64,000 bases of DNA from Longimicrobiales bacterium. Lineage in GTDB: Bacteria > Gemmatimonadota > Gemmatimonadetes > Longimicrobiales > Gaopeijiaceae. The stretch spans positions 4,384,001 to 4,448,000 of the forward strand of contig OZ250165.1 in assembly GCA_965238005.1 (NCBI GenBank), read 5' to 3'. A program made the translations under genes and the position numbers. Below are positions 29,777 through 39,639 of this stretch, piece by piece. Below the pieces are notes generated by a model. The model did not search any database. It was given only the letters and a program-made list of their open reading frames with translations, and was not told where the DNA came from. Each line of letters opens with the position of its first letter. Position 1 is the first letter of the stretch.

Positions 29777-30906
29777 CCGTTCGTCGCCTCCAGAAAACCG
29801 TACGTCCCCGTCGCACGCCGACCGGGGCGTCCCAGCTCCAGCTGGACGAGGTTGAGCCCCGGCAGCACCTCTCCGGGTGCGGGGAGGTCCGCCTCGAGAA
29901 CCTCCTGGATACGGCCGGCCGCACCGGCCTCGACCCCTCGCGCCTGCTCCTTCGCGTGATAGCTCGAACGAACCAGAGGGCCCGCCTCCACGTGCTTGAA
30001 TCCGTATGTCGCTTCCCCGATTCGCTTCCAATCGGCGAACTCGGCCGGCGTGACCCAGCGGGCCACCGGAATGTGCTGGAGCGACGGCCGCAGGTACTGA
30101 CCCAGCGTGAGGATGTCCACGGCCGCCTCGCGCAGGTCCTTCATCGCCTGGCTAATCTCCGGCGCCTCTTCCCCCATGCCGAGGATGATACCGGTCTTGG
30201 TCAGCATGGAGGCGTCGATTCGCTTGGCCGCCCCCAGAAAGGAGATCGAGCGCCAGTAGCGACCACCGGGGCGGACCTCGGGATGGATCCGCTCCACCGT
30301 CTCCAGGTTGTGTCCCAGGATCGCCGGTCCGGCCTCCTGGACGACCCGCAGGGCTTCCTCGTCGCCCTTGAAGTCGGGGATGAGCACCTCTACCGAGCAC
30401 CCCGGCACCGCAGCCTTGATCTGCCGGGTGGTCTCGGCGTAGATGCCGGCTCCTCCATCGGGCAGCTCGTCGCGGTTCACGCTGGTGATCACCACGTGCT
30501 CGAGCGACATGGCCCGAACCGACTCCGCCACGCGCCGCGGCTCGTCCAGGTCTAGCTCGGTAGGCAAGCCATGGGCCACCGCGCAGTACTTACACGCCCG
30601 GGTGCAGACGTCGCCCAGGATCATGAAGGTAGCGGTCCCCGCCTCCCAGCACTCCCCGATGTTCGGGCAGCCGGCCTCCTCGCAGACCGTGTGGAGGGAC
30701 TGGGTCCGCATGAGGCTCTTGAGCCGAAGGTATTCGGCGCCGCCGGGCGACCGAACCTTCAGCCACGCCGGCTTTCGCTCACGGATGGGGATCGTATTCA
30801 GCCCCTCGTGAGCCCGAATTCTCGAGTGGCCCTTGGGCTTTACGACCCCTGTGTCCTTGCCGCTTGGAGCATAGCCCCCAGGCGCTTCCGTGAGAGTTCT
30901 CGACAC
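29773..30906 (-). CDS. lipA: Lipoyl synthase
   Basis: CEEAGCPNIGEC, CTRACKYC, RSSY. Confidence 0.95.
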   Translation of the reverse strand: MSRTLTEAPGGYAPSGKDTGVVKPKGHSRIRAHEGLNTIPIRERKPAWLKVRSPGGAEYLRLKSLMRTQSLHTVCEEAGCPNIGECWEAGTATFMILGDVCTRACKYCAVAHGLPTELDLDEPRRVAESVRAMSLEHVVITSVNRDELPDGGAGIYAETTRQIKAAVPGCSVEVLIPDFKGDEEALRVVQEAGPAILGHNLETVERIHPEVRPGGRYWRSISFLGAAKRIDASMLTKTGIILGMGEEAPEISQAMKDLREAAVDILTLGQYLRPSLQHIPVARWVTPAEFADWKRIGEATYGFKHVEAGPLVRSSYHAKEQARGVEAGAAGRIQEVLEADLPAPGEVLPGLNLVQLELGRPGRRATGTYGFLEATNG

Positions 30907-31104
30907 CTGCGACCTGTTTCTTGGGATGAAATCTGGAATCTGAGGCGCGGCCTTGGTGACCAGAGCCGGCCGAGCCTTTAAAGAAAGCGCCTCCCCGGAA
31001 ACCTCACAACCCTATTCCGAGGCTCCGCAGGGGGTAGGCAAGCCCGAAGCCCACGTAGTTCCTGATGGCATACCCCAGAAGGCCCACCGCGATACCCGGC
31101 GGGA

Positions 31105-31962
31105 TCAAGCACCCTCCCCGGCCGGCGAGCTCTCTCCAGCTTCCGATGCAGACTCGGGGGCGTCCCCCACACGTGTCACGTCGTCGTTATGGCCCCGGGG
31201 ATGCCCGACAGACGGCTTGGGCTGGCAGTCGACCACGTGGGCCACAGCGTCTGCGGGCGAATCGGTCACGAAGAGCAGATCGAGGTCATCCGGCGCGATC
31301 TTCTTCTCCCCCACCAGCCGCTCGCGCATCCAGGACAGAAGGCCCGACCAGTAGTCCGTCCCGAAGAGGACCACCGGAAAGTTCCTCACCTTTCCGGTCT
31401 GGATGAGAGTCAGGGCCTCGAAGAGCTCATCCAGAGTCCCGAATCCGCCCGGGAAGATCACGAAGGCCTGGCCATACTTCACGAACATGATCTTGCGGAC
31501 GAAGAAGTATCGGAAGTCGAGGCCCACGTCGACGAAGTCGTTGAGACCCTGCTCGAAGGGGAGCTCGATGTTGCACCCCACCGAAGACACCCCTGCGGCA
31601 CGAGCCCCCCGGTTGGCCGCCTCCATGATCCCCGGACCGCCTCCGGTGATGATCCCGAAGCCCGCCTCTCCCATGAGCCGTGCCGTATCGACGCACTGCC
31701 GGTATACGGGATCGGCCTCGGTCAGACGGGCGGATCCGAAGAACGAGACACACGGGCCCAGGCTGCTCAGCTCCTCGAATCCTTCGACGAACTCACCCAT
31801 GATCCTGAAGACGCGCCACGACTCCCGCCCACTGCGGAGAAGTCCCCGCTCCTCCAGCTCGTCCACCGTGGACTGAAGGAATCGCTCGTCCTCAGTCTCC
31901 TTGGAGTAGGGCGGAGGTGGAACGACCGTCTGATCGCTGGTGTCGTTGCTATTCTCGCTCAC
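31105..31962 (-). CDS. LOG family (TIGR00730) protein
   Basis: FGSAR, TGGGPGIMEAAN, FRYFFVRK, PGGFGTLDE. Confidence 0.9.
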   Translation of the reverse strand: MSENSNDTSDQTVVPPPPYSKETEDERFLQSTVDELEERGLLRSGRESWRVFRIMGEFVEGFEELSSLGPCVSFFGSARLTEADPVYRQCVDTARLMGEAGFGIITGGGPGIMEAANRGARAAGVSSVGCNIELPFEQGLNDFVDVGLDFRYFFVRKIMFVKYGQAFVIFPGGFGTLDELFEALTLIQTGKVRNFPVVLFGTDYWSGLLSWMRERLVGEKKIAPDDLDLLFVTDSPADAVAHVVDCQPKPSVGHPRGHNDDVTRVGDAPESASEAGESSPAGEGA

Positions 31963-31974
31963 GATGCCTTCACC

Positions 31975-32757
31975 TCAGTCGTTCCCGAGCAGTGCCTGGG
32001 CCGTCGCCCTCATGGTCGGGATGAGCGCGCCGTGGTCCCCGTACTCCGACAGGTCTTTGGTCATCTCCGAGTCGTACGCATCCAGGAAGCGCTGGTAGAA
32101 CGCCCGCGCGCTGGCCGAGTCGCCCAGCGCCAGCGAGGCGTCCGCCGCCCCCGCAAGACCCAAGAGGTGGTCCGGCTGCTCGACCAAAATCTCCTCCGCT
32201 GACCCGAGGGCGTCATCGTTCAGGGAGCCCTGGAGACGCAGCGTGACAAGGTGGAACTTCCCGTCCGCATCCAGGTCCTCGACGATCTCGTGGGCCCTGA
32301 TGGCCATGGGCAGGAAGTTCCTCACTTCCGTGTCGTCCCCTGCCGACGCCGCGGTCATGACGCGGTTGAACAGGCGATCGGCCGCCTGCCGAGGCGTCAT
32401 GGACGAGAGGTCCACGCTGGAAGCGCCAGCAGGTGCTGGGGCCGGCGGGGATCCCGGCGACGCCCGACCCGGACCGTAGACCGGGTAGGTGACCACCAGG
32501 ATGAGGCCCACCATCAGCGCTCCTGCCATGTACCAGACCGCCTGACTCGCCGGACCCTCTCTGGAGGCGGCTCCGCCGGGGCCCGCCTCCCCACCCGCGC
32601 CACCGACACCGGCGATAGCCGTCCCGCACTGGTTGCAGAAGCGTGCGCTGGCCGAAGGCTCATGACCGCACTTCGGGCACGGCGTGGCCCCGAGGGCTGC
32701 TCCGCAGTCGGAGCAGAATCGCCCAGCAGCCTCGGATCCACAGTTCGGGCATTTCAT
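31975..32757 (-). CDS. Double zinc ribbon, TM and TPR-like protein
   Basis: Four CxxC motifs at the N-terminus, one TM helix, helical C-terminus. Confidence 0.75.
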   Translation of the reverse strand: MKCPNCGSEAAGRFCSDCGAALGATPCPKCGHEPSASARFCNQCGTAIAGVGGAGGEAGPGGAASREGPASQAVWYMAGALMVGLILVVTYPVYGPGRASPGSPPAPAPAGASSVDLSSMTPRQAADRLFNRVMTAASAGDDTEVRNFLPMAIRAHEIVEDLDADGKFHLVTLRLQGSLNDDALGSAEEILVEQPDHLLGLAGAADASLALGDSASARAFYQRFLDAYDSEMTKDLSEYGDHGALIPTMRATAQALLGND

Positions 32758-32784
32758 CCGCTACCTCCTGCCCTCGGTTCGGGG

Positions 32785-35106
32785 TCAGTCGCCCGCGCCG
32801 GGATTCATGGCGTTGAAGAGGAGCGGCCACGTCGCCACCGTCTGGCCCCGGTAGTTGGGCTGGAACCCTATCAGGACCACCGACCCGCTCCCCACCGACA
32901 CCTCCACCATGGCGGCTTTCCCCGCAAGGTGCTCGGGGCCGAGGATCCAGCCCGACCGCACGGGATTCCCCTCGCTGTACCGGGCGGTCACCTGGACGTC
33001 GGGATCCTGGACGTCGAAGGCCCGGCTGCTCCCCCAGTACCAGACCGCCACCGACTCACCCATCCCCCGGTTCAGGCGATGCTCGGTGTCGAGTCGTATC
33101 TCCAGAATGGAGCCCGGAACGTAGAAGTCCCGGGACTCCAGACGCTCCACCGCATTGGAGACCCCGAGGTCGAAGAGGTCGGCCACGAGCTCCGTCGCCT
33201 CCTCGATGGCCACGATTCGGCCTCCCTCGTTCACGAACGCCTCCAGTGCCTGTAGGCCCTCCTCACCCAGGCCTCCCACATATGGCTCCGGCAGGGTGCC
33301 GCGGTCGTACCCCTCGGCGATGGAGCTGGGGCTCTGGTCCTGGAGCACGATGACGTCGTAGTCCCTCCGGAGGGCGCCCTCCCTGACCCGGGCGTCTTTC
33401 AGGGTGTCGTACTGCAGCTCATGCTGGTCGAACACCCAGCGCGTCCATCCGCCCTCCATGGGCTCCTGCCAGGACTTGTACAGCGCGATCCTGGGCGCGC
33501 CGCTTCCCCGCAGATCCGACGGGAGGTCGAAGGCGAAATCGGGCGTGGGAATGGGATCACCCTCGATGAGGGCGTCCAGGCCCGGCTGCACGTCTTCGAC
33601 GGCCATGGCCTCCACGTTCATGAGGAGCGGCAGCGTGTGCGCCGTTACGTCGTAGGGAGGCCGCGGAGGTCCGCCCGGATACTCCCGGAGATCCGGATAG
33701 TGCTGCACCTCCAGGAGGGTCTGGGCGAAGGACGCGTACGGCTGATTCATCGGGATCACGTAGGTGCCCGCGGCGTAGCGGTTTCCGTCCGCCCGGAAGG
33801 CCCGCGACGCCCGATGCACCTCGACGTCGCCCATGCGCAGGATGCGCAGAACGTACGCCAGCCCGCCCGGGTTCCCTTGCTCGGCGGGAAGGACCCACGC
33901 ACTGGGCCACTCGTCCCAACCGTTCACGGCCCGCTCGTTGATCCTGTAGAAATTCTCGAGCCAGAATAGACGGTTCTTCGCCGCGTTGCTGAGGAGCGCC
34001 ATGGCGCCCGCGTCCTGGTAGTCCACGATGTCCGGAAGCCCCCACTCCCCTCCGCGCCACGGGTTCGGGTAGTTGGCCGAGGCGACCGCCGCGTCGTATC
34101 CCCGGCCGCCACCGATCATGTCGGGATCGACGGTCACCGAGGTCGCGATTCGGGCCGACGCCGTCTCGGACAAGATCCGGGCCCCGCCGTGGTAGTGCTG
34201 GTAGGCCCGCGCCGGGGTGAAGCCGTCGTAGATGGCGTTCATGACCACGCCGTCCTTGCCCTGGGCGGTGAGCTCCGCGGCCATGTAGGTACCCAGCATG
34301 TTGACGGCCGTCACGAGGCCGGGGTCCACGTTATGCTCGATGGGATCGATGTACGGCGGGAAGAAGATGCGGGCGCCTCGGCCCCCCATCTGGTGGATGT
34401 CGTGCACGACCTGTGGATGCCACGCATTGTGGGCCCCCAAGACCGTATGCTGGGTCTCCTTCTGCGTGAACGCGTACCAGTCCCGGTTGTTGTCGTGGCC
34501 CACGTAGTAGTGGTACAGCCAGGGCATGGGCGCAGCCTCGTACTCCGTGTCGAGCCACTGATTGTACCAATCCACCACCCACTCCGTCCCGTCCGGGTTG
34601 AGGGAGGGGATGTCGAGGAGAATGACGTTGTCGAGGATCTCCCGGACCTTCGGCTCGTCGGACGAGGCGAGGCGATGAGCCAGCCGGGCGGCCGTCTGGG
34701 CACCCCCCACCTCCGTAGAGTGGATGGCGTGCGTGATGAGCACAACGGCTCGGCCGGTCTCCAGGAGGCGTGCGAGCTCCTCCTCGCCTGAAACCTGGCG
34801 CGGATCCGAGAGCTTCATCTGGATGGCGTGAAGCTCGTCGATGCGAGCCTGGTTCCCCTCACTCGTTATGGTGAGCATCACGAACGGACGACCCATGGTC
34901 GTCGCTCCGAGCGTGTCTATTGTTACCCGTTGACTCGTTTGGGCCAGTTCTTCGTAGTACGAAGTGAGCTCGGTCCAGTTCGCCAGCTTCCGCTCGGCGC
35001 CGATATCGAAACCGAAGTGGGATCGGGGCGTCGGAACGCTCTGAGCCGCGAGCAGGCTCACAGCGACGAATGAGAGGACTGGGCCAGTCAGGAACCGGTA
35101 GGACAC
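32785..35106 (-). CDS. Secreted M14 zinc carboxypeptidase family protein
   Basis: Signal peptide, IHSTE, NPDG, DNNRD, DIHQMG; C-terminal GATase-like segment; GGAGGAG RBS. Confidence 0.85.
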   Translation of the reverse strand: MSYRFLTGPVLSFVAVSLLAAQSVPTPRSHFGFDIGAERKLANWTELTSYYEELAQTSQRVTIDTLGATTMGRPFVMLTITSEGNQARIDELHAIQMKLSDPRQVSGEEELARLLETGRAVVLITHAIHSTEVGGAQTAARLAHRLASSDEPKVREILDNVILLDIPSLNPDGTEWVVDWYNQWLDTEYEAAPMPWLYHYYVGHDNNRDWYAFTQKETQHTVLGAHNAWHPQVVHDIHQMGGRGARIFFPPYIDPIEHNVDPGLVTAVNMLGTYMAAELTAQGKDGVVMNAIYDGFTPARAYQHYHGGARILSETASARIATSVTVDPDMIGGGRGYDAAVASANYPNPWRGGEWGLPDIVDYQDAGAMALLSNAAKNRLFWLENFYRINERAVNGWDEWPSAWVLPAEQGNPGGLAYVLRILRMGDVEVHRASRAFRADGNRYAAGTYVIPMNQPYASFAQTLLEVQHYPDLREYPGGPPRPPYDVTAHTLPLLMNVEAMAVEDVQPGLDALIEGDPIPTPDFAFDLPSDLRGSGAPRIALYKSWQEPMEGGWTRWVFDQHELQYDTLKDARVREGALRRDYDVIVLQDQSPSSIAEGYDRGTLPEPYVGGLGEEGLQALEAFVNEGGRIVAIEEATELVADLFDLGVSNAVERLESRDFYVPGSILEIRLDTEHRLNRGMGESVAVWYWGSSRAFDVQDPDVQVTARYSEGNPVRSGWILGPEHLAGKAAMVEVSVGSGSVVLIGFQPNYRGQTVATWPLLFNAMNPGAGD

Positions 35107-35204
35107 GTGATCTCCTCCAAGGATGTACGGCCGGGGGCGAATGGTGATCGTACCCACGAGCCATACCGGGGGCAACCTCCCGTGAAGGAAAGGTTTACGA
35201 CGCC

Positions 35205-37319
35205 ATGACCACCGCTCTCGGCCCCTTCCTCCTAGCCGCTTCGCTCCAGGTCGTCCCGCCTGCCTCCGCACCACCGGACACGTACCGGGATGAGGGAGTC
35301 CGGTCGATTCTGGCCAGCGCCATCGCCGCCCGCGAGCGCGACATGGAGGGGATCCTCAGCTATGAGGGCGTCGCCCGTGAGAGGGTCTACGTGGGCTTGA
35401 AGGTGGCCCGCTTCCGGCGCGAGCGGGGCCTCTTCGAAGGGGAGCGGGTGGCCCGGATCCGCTGGGTGCGGGGTGGCGATCGCTACGTGGAGTGGATCGG
35501 TGCCCGCTACCAGGTGCCGCTGGTGGGAAACAGCCCCGAGATCCAGGCCGAGATCAACGCGGACATGGGGGACGACCTCTTGAGCGACGGGCCGGTCGCC
35601 CTCGATTTCGACCCGTGGGACGATCGCATGCTCTTCGGAGACGAGTGGCTTCTCCATCCCCTCTCCGACTCCGCCGCCCTCCACTATCGATTCGCCTCAG
35701 GCGATACGCTCCGCCTGTCTCTCCCCATGCAGGATCGGGCCATAACCATGATCGAGGTGCAGGTCGAGCCCAGGAGGCCCGACATCCACCTGGTGGCCGG
35801 CTCCCTGTGGTTCGACCAGGACTCGGGGAGCCTGGTCCGGGCGAGCTACAAGCCGGCGCGACCTTTCGACTTGGAGCTCATCGAGCCCGAGGACGCCGAC
35901 GAGGTCCCTGGTCTCCTCAAACCCGTCACTGCCGAGATCGACTACGTCACCGTGGAGTACAGCCTCCACGAGTTCCGTTACTGGCTGCCGCGGCGGTTCG
36001 CCCTGGAGGGCGAGGCCTCCCTCGGACGCTTTCTCCACATCCCCATTACGGTGGAGTGGACCGTGACCGGGTATCGCGTGAACGAGGAATCCGAGATGCC
36101 CATCGCACGCCCCCTCCCTCCCGGCTGGACACGGACCGAGCAGCGACGAGATCGGGACGGCCAAATCAGCTACCTGACCGTCCTCATGCCCCCGGCCGAC
36201 TCCGTCATCAACTCGCCTGAGCTCTCCGAGGCCGCGGTCGAGCGCGCGCCCGCGGCGTTCAGCGACAGCGAGATCGACGAGCTCCGGGGCGAGCTCGAGG
36301 ACCTTCTGCCCTCGCAGGCCCGGCCTGGCGTCGAGTGGGTGTACGGCCTCCGTGATGGCATGGCCCGCTACAACCGCATCGAGGGGCTGAGTTTCGGCTC
36401 CTCGGGCACCCTCCCCTTGCCCCATCGCTTCAGCGTTCAGGCCCAGGGACGCATCGGCACAGCGGACCGGGAGCCCAGGGGGGAGCTCACCTTCTTCCGG
36501 GGAGAGCGCGATCGAGGGTGGGCCCTCACCGGATACCGCCGCCTCGACTTCGGATCCGACTGGGCTCGGCCTCTGGAGTTCACCCGGTCGGTGAGCAACC
36601 TGGTCGGCGGCAACGACCAGGGCGCCTTCTTCGACGCCCTCGGTGTGGAGCTCAGCCGGGTCTCGACAGGCCGGGCTTCGCGAAGGACGCTCCGCCTGTT
36701 CTTCGAGGAGCACCGGGCGGTGTCCAAGGAGACGGACTTCTACCTCCAACGCGCCATCGGGCCCGACGACCACATGCCGGAAAACATCACGGCCGTGGAG
36801 GGGTCCGTGTACGGAGGCGAGCTCGAGCTCCGGGGACACAAGGGCGTCGACCCCGCCGGTCTCATGCTCTCGGGCCGCATCGTCCTCGAGGGCGCCGCCG
36901 GCGACTTCGAGTACTGGCGGTGGATGACCAGCGGCGCGTTGTCACATCCCTTCCCCTTCCGCCTCGTAGGAGCCGTGGAGGCCGGGCTGGGTATGTCTGC
37001 CGCCGACACTCCGATCCAGCGGCACTTCTATCTAGGTGGACCCGAGACGTTTCGGGGGTTGCTCACGGGTGACCTGAGCGGCAGCGCCTTCTGGTTCGCG
37101 CGGACAGAGATCGCCAATGACGTCGCGGCGGCGCGGGTGGTGGCCTTCGCCGACTTCGCGTGGACCGGGCACGAGGAGAGGTTCGACACGAATGGATTCG
37201 CCTCATCAGTGGGAGTCGGAGGATCACTCTTGGACGGGCTCATCCGTATCGACCTGGCCCACGTGCTGAAGGGTGAGGACGGGACCCGGCTGCACTTCTA
37301 TTTTGACGGGCTGTTCTAG
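35205..37319 (+). CDS. Predicted outer membrane protein with C-terminal beta-barrel
   Basis: N-terminal signal-like segment, RYNRIEG, alternating beta strands, LGG..TFRG loop, C-terminal F. Confidence 0.65.
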   Translation: MTTALGPFLLAASLQVVPPASAPPDTYRDEGVRSILASAIAARERDMEGILSYEGVARERVYVGLKVARFRRERGLFEGERVARIRWVRGGDRYVEWIGARYQVPLVGNSPEIQAEINADMGDDLLSDGPVALDFDPWDDRMLFGDEWLLHPLSDSAALHYRFASGDTLRLSLPMQDRAITMIEVQVEPRRPDIHLVAGSLWFDQDSGSLVRASYKPARPFDLELIEPEDADEVPGLLKPVTAEIDYVTVEYSLHEFRYWLPRRFALEGEASLGRFLHIPITVEWTVTGYRVNEESEMPIARPLPPGWTRTEQRRDRDGQISYLTVLMPPADSVINSPELSEAAVERAPAAFSDSEIDELRGELEDLLPSQARPGVEWVYGLRDGMARYNRIEGLSFGSSGTLPLPHRFSVQAQGRIGTADREPRGELTFFRGERDRGWALTGYRRLDFGSDWARPLEFTRSVSNLVGGNDQGAFFDALGVELSRVSTGRASRRTLRLFFEEHRAVSKETDFYLQRAIGPDDHMPENITAVEGSVYGGELELRGHKGVDPAGLMLSGRIVLEGAAGDFEYWRWMTSGALSHPFPFRLVGAVEAGLGMSAADTPIQRHFYLGGPETFRGLLTGDLSGSAFWFARTEIANDVAAARVVAFADFAWTGHEERFDTNGFASSVGVGGSLLDGLIRIDLAHVLKGEDGTRLHFYFDGLF

Positions 37320-38068
37320 AGCCCCGTGGGGGCGTCAATGAACTCCCAGGGGATGCCGAAGCGGTCCTCGATGTGCGCGGCCAGGGCCTTCACTCCCCAC
37401 GTCTCCGTGGCATAGTGTCCCGCATAGAGCGCGTTCACCCCGAACTCCATGGCGTCGTTGTACGTGTGGTGGGACCCTTCTCCTGTCAGGAGGGCATCGA
37501 GGCCGAACGCCGCGGCCTCCGGAATGAGACTCGCGGCCGCGCCGGTGACCACTCCGACCCGGTAGACGTGCTCGGGCCCACCCGGAATGACCCGGACCGG
37601 ACCCCCAACTACCTCCTCGACATGCGTCGCCAGCGCGTCCCGCTCCGAATCAACCTCGCACCACCAACCGAATTCACGCCCCTGGTAGCTCCCGAAGCGG
37701 CCGGCGGGCTCCCAGCCCAGCTCTCTGCATAGCACGGCGCAGTTGCCCACCTGGACGTGAGCGTCCAGCGGCAAGTGGCATCCGTAGAGGGCCGTGCTCC
37801 CCTGAATGAGGGATCGCAGCTTCCTGAAGCGAGGTCCGGTCACGCGGGTGCGCCCGTCCCAGAAGAGGCCGTGGTGCACGATGAGCAGGTCTACGCCCTG
37901 GTCGACCGCCTCCAGGATCACGCCCTCGCTGGCGTCCACGGCCACGGCCACGCGCTCCACCTCCGAGGGCCCCTCCACCTGCAGACCGTTGTGGGCGGAT
38001 CCGTAGTCCGGAAAGTCCTCTACCTCCAGGTATTCATCAAGATACTGGAGCAAAGATTCTAATTTCAT
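37316..38068 (-). CDS. Nif3-like (DUF34) dinuclear metal protein
   Basis: NGLQVEG, VHHGLFW, HLPLDAH, GHYATE. Confidence 0.92.
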   Translation of the reverse strand: MKLESLLQYLDEYLEVEDFPDYGSAHNGLQVEGPSEVERVAVAVDASEGVILEAVDQGVDLLIVHHGLFWDGRTRVTGPRFRKLRSLIQGSTALYGCHLPLDAHVQVGNCAVLCRELGWEPAGRFGSYQGREFGWWCEVDSERDALATHVEEVVGGPVRVIPGGPEHVYRVGVVTGAAASLIPEAAAFGLDALLTGEGSHHTYNDAMEFGVNALYAGHYATETWGVKALAAHIEDRFGIPWEFIDAPTGL

Positions 38069-38086
38069 CGACGAAAGCCGAGGAAG

Positions 38087-38197
38087 TGTGGAAAAATCGG
38101 GACTCTACGGCTCTCAGACCTGGGACACGCCCGGGAACAATTACCGTAACCCACTACGCCGCACCAACATAACAGGCGTTTCCACAGTTGTGGAAAG
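38087..38197. promoter_or_regulatory. Distal cluster of three DnaA-box-like motifs
   Basis: tgtggaaaa 38087, gtttccaca 38178, tgtggaaag 38189; same TTCCACA core as the oriC boxes. Confidence 0.55.
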
Positions 38198-38290
38198 ACT
38201 ACGTCGGCCGCGTCGTCGGGGCCTGCGGCGGCATCTGGCCCGGGAGGTCTTTGCCCTGGGCCGGCGGTGGTGTGGGTTGCTCGTCCGGGT

Positions 38291-38857
38291 TCATCCCGGC
38301 GACGTGTCGGGCGATGCCAGGGGCCTCGGCCTCCCGCGCGACGCCGACGCGCTGGACGCGCCTCCATGGGCCACGCCACCTGGAACTGGAGCCGGGCCGC
38401 CGGGGATCCCTTGACCTCCGGCATCACCTTCCGGTGTGCCCTCACCGGCTGCCTCCTCACGAGTGGAAGCCTGCGCTTGGGCCTTGGGCCGAGATTCGCC
38501 CACGGACACCTGGCCCTGGAGGGTTGCGCCCTCCTCGAGCTGCATTCGCCGTGTATCGATCTCACCCGAAATGTGGCCCGTGGACTGCACCTCCAGGCGC
38601 GACTCCGCATGGACCGATCCGAGAGCCCGACCGGCGATGACGGCGTCCTGGGTGTAGATGTTGCCATCCACCAGCCCTTCCTTGCAAATGACGACGGCCT
38701 TGCCGGCCCGAACATCGCCCTTGACCGTACCCTCGATCCTCACAGCGCCGTCCGTCTCACAGTGGCCCATCAGCGTCATGCCCATGCCGATGATGGAGAT
38801 GACCGCTTCGGGGGGCGTGGCTGGCGTGGCTGGCGTAGTCTTGTTGATCCTGGCCAT
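38291..38857 (-). CDS. Bactofilin (polymer-forming cytoskeletal protein)
   Basis: SIIG.GM.L.G....G.VRIEG.V.G repeat pattern ending LEEGATLQG.V; disordered C-terminal tail. Confidence 0.88.
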   Translation of the reverse strand: MARINKTTPATPATPPEAVISIIGMGMTLMGHCETDGAVRIEGTVKGDVRAGKAVVICKEGLVDGNIYTQDAVIAGRALGSVHAESRLEVQSTGHISGEIDTRRMQLEEGATLQGQVSVGESRPKAQAQASTREEAAGEGTPEGDAGGQGIPGGPAPVPGGVAHGGASSASASRGRPRPLASPDTSPG

Positions 38858-38880
38858 AACGTCCGCTTTCCTTACCAATT

Positions 38881-39639
38881 TCAAGGCTGTTGCACCAGTT
38901 CGAGGGGATCGACCGCGGCTCCCTCGAGGAGAATTTCGAAGTGAAGATGAGGGGCGGTAGACCGCCCTGTCGACCCGGTGAACCCGATCACCTCGTTCTT
39001 CCGAACGACCTCGCCGAGCCACACCGCCGTAACTGAAGCATGGGCATAGAGAGTCTCGTACCCGTTTCCGTGCTCGACACGGACGTAGCGTCCGTACGTA
39101 GCGTCCTCCCCGACATCGACGACCTGGCCCGCACCGGCCGCTCTAATATATGAGCCCGTCGGGATGGCGATGTCCAGTCCCGGATGCGCTTGGTCCTCGT
39201 CGTCCAGGCGCCCCTGGGTGACGAATCCCCGCTCAGTGAGCGGCCAGCTGTCGGGAACGCTGGCGCCGCTCACGTCTCTGGTGGAGGAGCGGCTCACGGA
39301 CGTGGACGGCGGCAGCCACAGCGCGGACGGAGCTCCCGTGCCGTCGGGCGCGAAGAGCGCACGAAGACCTTCGTATTCCTCCTCCAGATCGTCGAGCTGG
39401 CGGACGAGGGCCGGGAAGCGGGCTTGATCCGCCCGGAGAGCGGCCACCTCCGCCTCGAGCTCCACGACGTGGGCGACCCGGGCAGCCATGTATCCCCAGG
39501 TGACGATCACGAAGACGAGGATCACGCCGAGACCGATCCCCAGGCCCCTGATAATCCGGAGACGCCTGAGCTCGATCTCGTACGTGCGACTCTCGCTCCC
39601 GTCGGGGATCAGGACGATCCTCAGAATCGGCTCGGTCAC
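38881..39639 (-). CDS. Membrane-anchored M23 endopeptidase
   Basis: TM helix, coiled coil, HPGLD, YAH, GSTGRSTAPHLHFE. Confidence 0.9.
   Translation of the reverse strand: MTEPILRIVLIPDGSESRTYEIELRRLRIIRGLGIGLGVILVFVIVTWGYMAARVAHVVELEAEVAALRADQARFPALVRQLDDLEEEYEGLRALFAPDGTGAPSALWLPPSTSVSRSSTRDVSGASVPDSWPLTERGFVTQGRLDDEDQAHPGLDIAIPTGSYIRAAGAGQVVDVGEDATYGRYVRVEHGNGYETLYAHASVTAVWLGEVVRKNEVIGFTGSTGRSTAPHLHFEILLEGAAVDPLELVQQP

Noticed and set aside
30907..31104. Riboswitch upstream of lipA
   Set aside because: Only a short GAGGCGC/GCGCCTC stem; no recognisable aptamer consensus.
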